Both the position numbers and the translations under genes were made by a program. Source: Fusibacter sp. A1 (GTDB lineage: Bacteria > Bacillota > Clostridia > Peptostreptococcales > Acidaminobacteraceae). Taken from it: a DNA stretch of 64,000 bases. The DNA lies in the NCBI RefSeq assembly GCF_004125825.1, contig NZ_QQWI01000005.1, positions 304,414 through 368,413 on the forward strand. Direction: 5' to 3'. A model generated the notes under the pieces. The model searched no databases. It saw only the letters and a list, made by a program, of their open reading frames with translations, and was not told the origin of the DNA. Positions 60,799 through 64,000 of the stretch are shown here, one piece after another; position 1 is the first letter of the stretch; each line of letters starts with the position of its first letter.

Positions 60799-62427
60799 TC
60801 AAGCGATGATTACCCTGTTCCTGCCCGCACTTTTAGCCTGATAAAGACACTTATCCGCTTCCTCAATATAGCGGTTCAGATTTTCATTTGCCATCCTATC
60901 TATGCAACCACCTATACTGACCGTAATGCTTCTCTGACCCTTCGGTGTATCATAGTAAAGATTAAGACTTGAGACCGATTCTTTAATCTTCAATCCAATT
61001 TCCATCGCCTCGTCTTTGTCTTTAACTTTCATATAGCATAAGAATTCCTCACCACCATACCTACCAATAAAGTAATCCTCATACTTCAGGTGTTTAAGCT
61101 GTTCAGTAATTTGCTGCAAGCATGTATCACCTTTTACATGACCCCACGTGTCATTATAGAGTTTAAAGTAATCGATATCGATAATGAACACTAAGTCCAT
61201 CAGCGGTCCTTTTACGCTAGTCTTTTGAGATAACATCTGGGTAATGCCTCTTCGGTTATAGATTTGGGTCAGCTCATCAATGATACTGACTTCAATCAGT
61301 TTCTCATTTTCAAGCTTGATTTCTTGCAGCTCTTTTTTAGATTCACTTACTTCATGTTTAAGCTTCTCACTTAATAACTTGTTCTGCTCTTTTTCGTTTT
61401 TTTCTTTATAGTAACTGAATTCCACGGAGATCAACTCGAGCTTCATCGATAAATTGCTAGCTTCTATTTCTCTTTCTTTTTGATGATACAACTTAAAATA
61501 ATCAAACGCCTTCTTGTAATCATCATTTGCCTCATGGTATGCGATGAGTTGCTTATAGATTTCTGAAATCTTTGAACCTAAGTTATTTTCAATCGCATAA
61601 TCTAGGGCTTCCATAAGATGAGGCTTCGGATTAAGTTTCATCGCCATGTCTAGTTGTGCGAAGTCCATCAATAATTCAACCATGTAAAATCTGTTGTTCA
61701 CTTTATTAAAATGCTTTAACGCTGACAAATAGTGCTCTCTTGCTTTTTCATAGTCGCCTTGCGCAAGCATCAAACGACCAAGTTTTGTCTGTACTTCGCC
61801 GTGAGTGATGATATCATTACTGCGTTTTGAATATTCCTCACAATTGATCATTTGAACTAGCGCTTTTACATACTCTTTTTGTAAATAGTAGATTTGACCG
61901 ATATTCATATAGATGACAGCTATATTCATTTCTAAATGATTCTCGAATGAAATTTCTAGGGCCCTCTTGTAATAATCGAGCGCTTTTTCAAAATCTTCAG
62001 CGACTCTATGAATTTCACCGATATTGTTCAACACACTCGATTCAAGTCGCGGATCCTTTATCTTTTCGAGTATTTCTATTGCGATCATAAAATTTTCAAG
62101 AGAGCTTTTATAATCACTATAATAAAAATAGACTATCCCTATGATATTTCTTACCTTCAATATTCCACTCAAGTCATTATGACCATTAAAGATATCTAGA
62201 GCTTTAAGTGCATAGATAAGACCATTTGAATAATCCGACATCACCCTGCACGAATAGGCCATACAATAATAGGCATTCGCCTTTTCAATTTCCAAATCAT
62301 TTTCGCATGCAAGAGCAAATGCTTCTTTTGCCAAACTATAGGAAGCCTGAGGATTCTCAAGCGCTTGCTTTTTTGAAATGTCCAACATCGTTTTAATCTT
62401 TGTGATCATATTGCCTCCTAATACCAT
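60799..62427 (-). CDS. TPR-repeat sensor fused to coiled-coil and GGDEF diguanylate cyclase
   Basis: N-terminal TPR units (AYYCMAYS..., ALDYYKRALEI...). C-terminal RYGGEEFL active site. Confidence 0.8.
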   Translation of the reverse strand: MVLGGNMITKIKTMLDISKKQALENPQASYSLAKEAFALACENDLEIEKANAYYCMAYSCRVMSDYSNGLIYALKALDIFNGHNDLSGILKVRNIIGIVYFYYSDYKSSLENFMIAIEILEKIKDPRLESSVLNNIGEIHRVAEDFEKALDYYKRALEISFENHLEMNIAVIYMNIGQIYYLQKEYVKALVQMINCEEYSKRSNDIITHGEVQTKLGRLMLAQGDYEKAREHYLSALKHFNKVNNRFYMVELLMDFAQLDMAMKLNPKPHLMEALDYAIENNLGSKISEIYKQLIAYHEANDDYKKAFDYFKLYHQKEREIEASNLSMKLELISVEFSYYKEKNEKEQNKLLSEKLKHEVSESKKELQEIKLENEKLIEVSIIDELTQIYNRRGITQMLSQKTSVKGPLMDLVFIIDIDYFKLYNDTWGHVKGDTCLQQITEQLKHLKYEDYFIGRYGGEEFLCYMKVKDKDEAMEIGLKIKESVSSLNLYYDTPKGQRSITVSIGGCIDRMANENLNRYIEEADKCLYQAKSAGRNRVIIA

Positions 62428-62512
62428 TTAGTATTCATAATTGATTATATCATTAATTATGTTGTCATTGAGCGACAGACCTTAATGAAAATTAATTTAA
62501 CTCAGCTTTCGT

Positions 62513-62546
62513 AAAAACCACTCGCAAACTGATACGAGTGGTTTTT
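62513..62546 (+). terminator. Orphan terminator-like hairpin in the divergent promoter region upstream of the yczE-like gene
   Basis: AAAAACCACTCG-CAAACTGATA-CGAGTGGTTTTT. Confidence 0.35.
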
Positions 62547-62638
62547 ACTTTACCCACTTAGGTGCGTATGCTAGTATTATGTTAGCAACTACAAAAATGA
62601 TCACCCATAGGCTGATAGACAATAGGAGATAAAGCAAA

Positions 62639-63253
62639 TTGAAAACACTAAAACTCATGCCTCGAATGCTATTAGGACTCTTCTTATACGCACTCGGAAT
62701 TGGCATTACGATTAAAGCTCACCTAGGCGTCTCTCCATGGACGGTATTCCATCAGGGAATGAGTAATGTATTTCCGATATCCCTAGGACAGGCAGTCATT
62801 TTGACTGGACTGATTATCGTTGTTTTAAACTATCTTTTTAAAGAAAAAATCGGATTGGGAACCTTACTGAATATGTCGCTGATCGGTGTGTTCATCGACT
62901 GGCTATTCAAGTTGAATCTGATACCTAATTCAACTACTATGGTTACCGGTATTTTAATGCTTGTCAGTGGAATGTTTACCATCGCAATTGCATCCTGGCT
63001 TTACATAGGTGCAGGACTTGGCGCAGGTCCTAGAGACGGCCTCATGGTCATTCTTACTAAAAAGACCAACAAGCCGGTAGGATTAATTCGCGCACTCATT
63101 GAGTTCGCAGCACTTATGCTCGGCATACTGATGGGGGGAAAGGTTGGAATTGGTACCGCTATTCTTGTATTCGGTATCGGTCCTATCATCCAGTTGACAT
63201 TCAAACTCGTTAGATTTGATGTAAAGAAAGTTGAACACCGTTATCTAGGTTAA
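62639..63253 (+). CDS. YczE/YitT-type membrane protein
   Basis: 204 aa. GIGITIKAHLGVSPWTVFHQG and GAGPRDGLMV motifs. Confidence 0.7.
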   Translation: MKTLKLMPRMLLGLFLYALGIGITIKAHLGVSPWTVFHQGMSNVFPISLGQAVILTGLIIVVLNYLFKEKIGLGTLLNMSLIGVFIDWLFKLNLIPNSTTMVTGILMLVSGMFTIAIASWLYIGAGLGAGPRDGLMVILTKKTNKPVGLIRALIEFAALMLGILMGGKVGIGTAILVFGIGPIIQLTFKLVRFDVKKVEHRYLG

Positions 63254-63292
63254 GAGACTAAATCTCAACCGTTTAAGCTCGTAAAATCGAAA

Positions 63293-63345
63293 TCTTGATA
63301 ACAGTCAAATTTTATACAACTGTTATCAAGATTTTCTTTTTATAT
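63293..63345 (+). terminator. Rho-independent terminator
   Basis: TCTTGATAACAGT-loop-ACTGTTATCAAGA followed by TTTTCTTTTT. Confidence 0.6.
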
Positions 63346-63421
63346 CAGTGACTTTATGAACACAGAATAATTCATAAAGAAAAGCAGTCTTCAGAATTTC
63401 TCTAAAGACTGCTAATTGTAA

Positions 63422-64000
63422 CTATTTCTTTCTGAACACCCAGCCTAATGCAATTAATCCAGTACCGAATGTATAAACTCTCCAAGGTAAACTTTCACTA
63501 GTTTTAGGTAATGAACCGTTTCCTAATGGAATTTCAATATCAAGAATAATCTCTGGTTCATCTTCTACTAAATGGGAATCATTTACCGGAGGATCAATTG
63601 ATCCGAGTGCTATTTCTCCATCATCAAATGTCGCAAACTCATCAAGATCAGCACTTTCACTTGAAGTTGGTTCAATGATAGATATCACATTATCTTCAAT
63701 TACTGGTACTTCAGTGGTTAATGGAGTTGTCGATGTAGACTTTGTTTTCGAAGGTGATTTTGTTTTTTCTACTACCTTAGTTGTAGCTTCAGTTGATTCT
63801 GGTGCAACTGTTACAGGTGGTTGTGTTACTTCCGGAGTAGCAGTTGTTGGAGCTTGCGTTACCACTGGCGTTGCAGTCGTTGGAGCTTGCGTTACCACTG
63901 GCGTTGCAGTCGTTGGAGCTTGCGTTACCACTGGCGTTGCAGTCGTTGGAGCTTGCGTTACCACTGGCGTTGCAGTCGTTGGAGCTTGCGTTACCACTGG
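63422..64000 (-). CDS. Cell-wall-anchored surface protein, C-terminal part (N-terminus beyond window), with Pro/Thr tandem repeats and LPKTS-type sorting signal
   Basis: Ends ...LPKTSESLPWRVYTFGTGLIALGWVFRKK (motif, hydrophobic span, basic tail). Upstream (PVVTQAPTTAT)n repeats. Confidence 0.6.
   Translation of the reverse strand, partial: PVVTQAPTTATPVVTQAPTTATPVVTQAPTTATPVVTQAPTTATPVVTQAPTTATPEVTQPPVTVAPESTEATTKVVEKTKSPSKTKSTSTTPLTTEVPVIEDNVISIIEPTSSESADLDEFATFDDGEIALGSIDPPVNDSHLVEDEPEIILDIEIPLGNGSLPKTSESLPWRVYTFGTGLIALGWVFRKK
63858..64000 (-). repeat. Perfect 33-bp tandem coding repeats (>=4 copies, continue past window)
   Basis: GTTACCACTGGCGTTGCAGTCGTTGGAGCTTGC repeated head-to-tail. 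Degenerate copies from ~63825. Confidence 0.8.

Noticed and set aside
63825-64000. CRISPR-like appearance of 33-bp direct repeats
   Set aside because: Repeats are contiguous with no spacers and lie in-frame inside a surface-protein CDS.

Overview
Low-GC (about 38-40%) Firmicutes-like chromosomal segment with roughly 55 protein-coding genes, most on the minus strand. No rRNA, tRNA, CRISPR array, transposase, integrase or phage gene was found. Genes use GGAGG-type ribosome-binding sites and many end in clean rho-independent hairpins.

Layout:
- The left 12 kb is housekeeping. It holds a partial ruvX, an aldo/keto reductase-ferredoxin fusion, yrzL/IreB-like, alaS behind a T-box leader, the iscR-iscS-iscU-mnmA operon, lysA, a class V aminotransferase and a LiaF-like protein.
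- The remainder is an accessory mosaic: flavodoxin-ferredoxin and VOC genes, two MATE pumps, a MarR regulator with a 54-bp palindromic operator, two GGDEF cyclases, and a beta-glucoside locus carrying a 1155-aa GH94-like phosphorylase.
- Most notable is a tightly coupled NfeD-like, flotillin, 1628-aa AAA_5-ATPase operon with a yuaI-like GNAT gene downstream. I could not match it to any described system.

Several genes carry lesions:
- MerR and FlhA fragments.
- A DUF805 frameshift.
- An ABC exporter with an in-frame TAA inside the LSGGQ signature.
- A frameshifted LCMT-like methyltransferase.
- A broken small ORF at 33.1-33.4 kb.

This suggests genome decay or local sequencing error. The right edge holds a partial cell-wall-anchored surface protein with perfect 33-bp tandem repeats that runs off the window.
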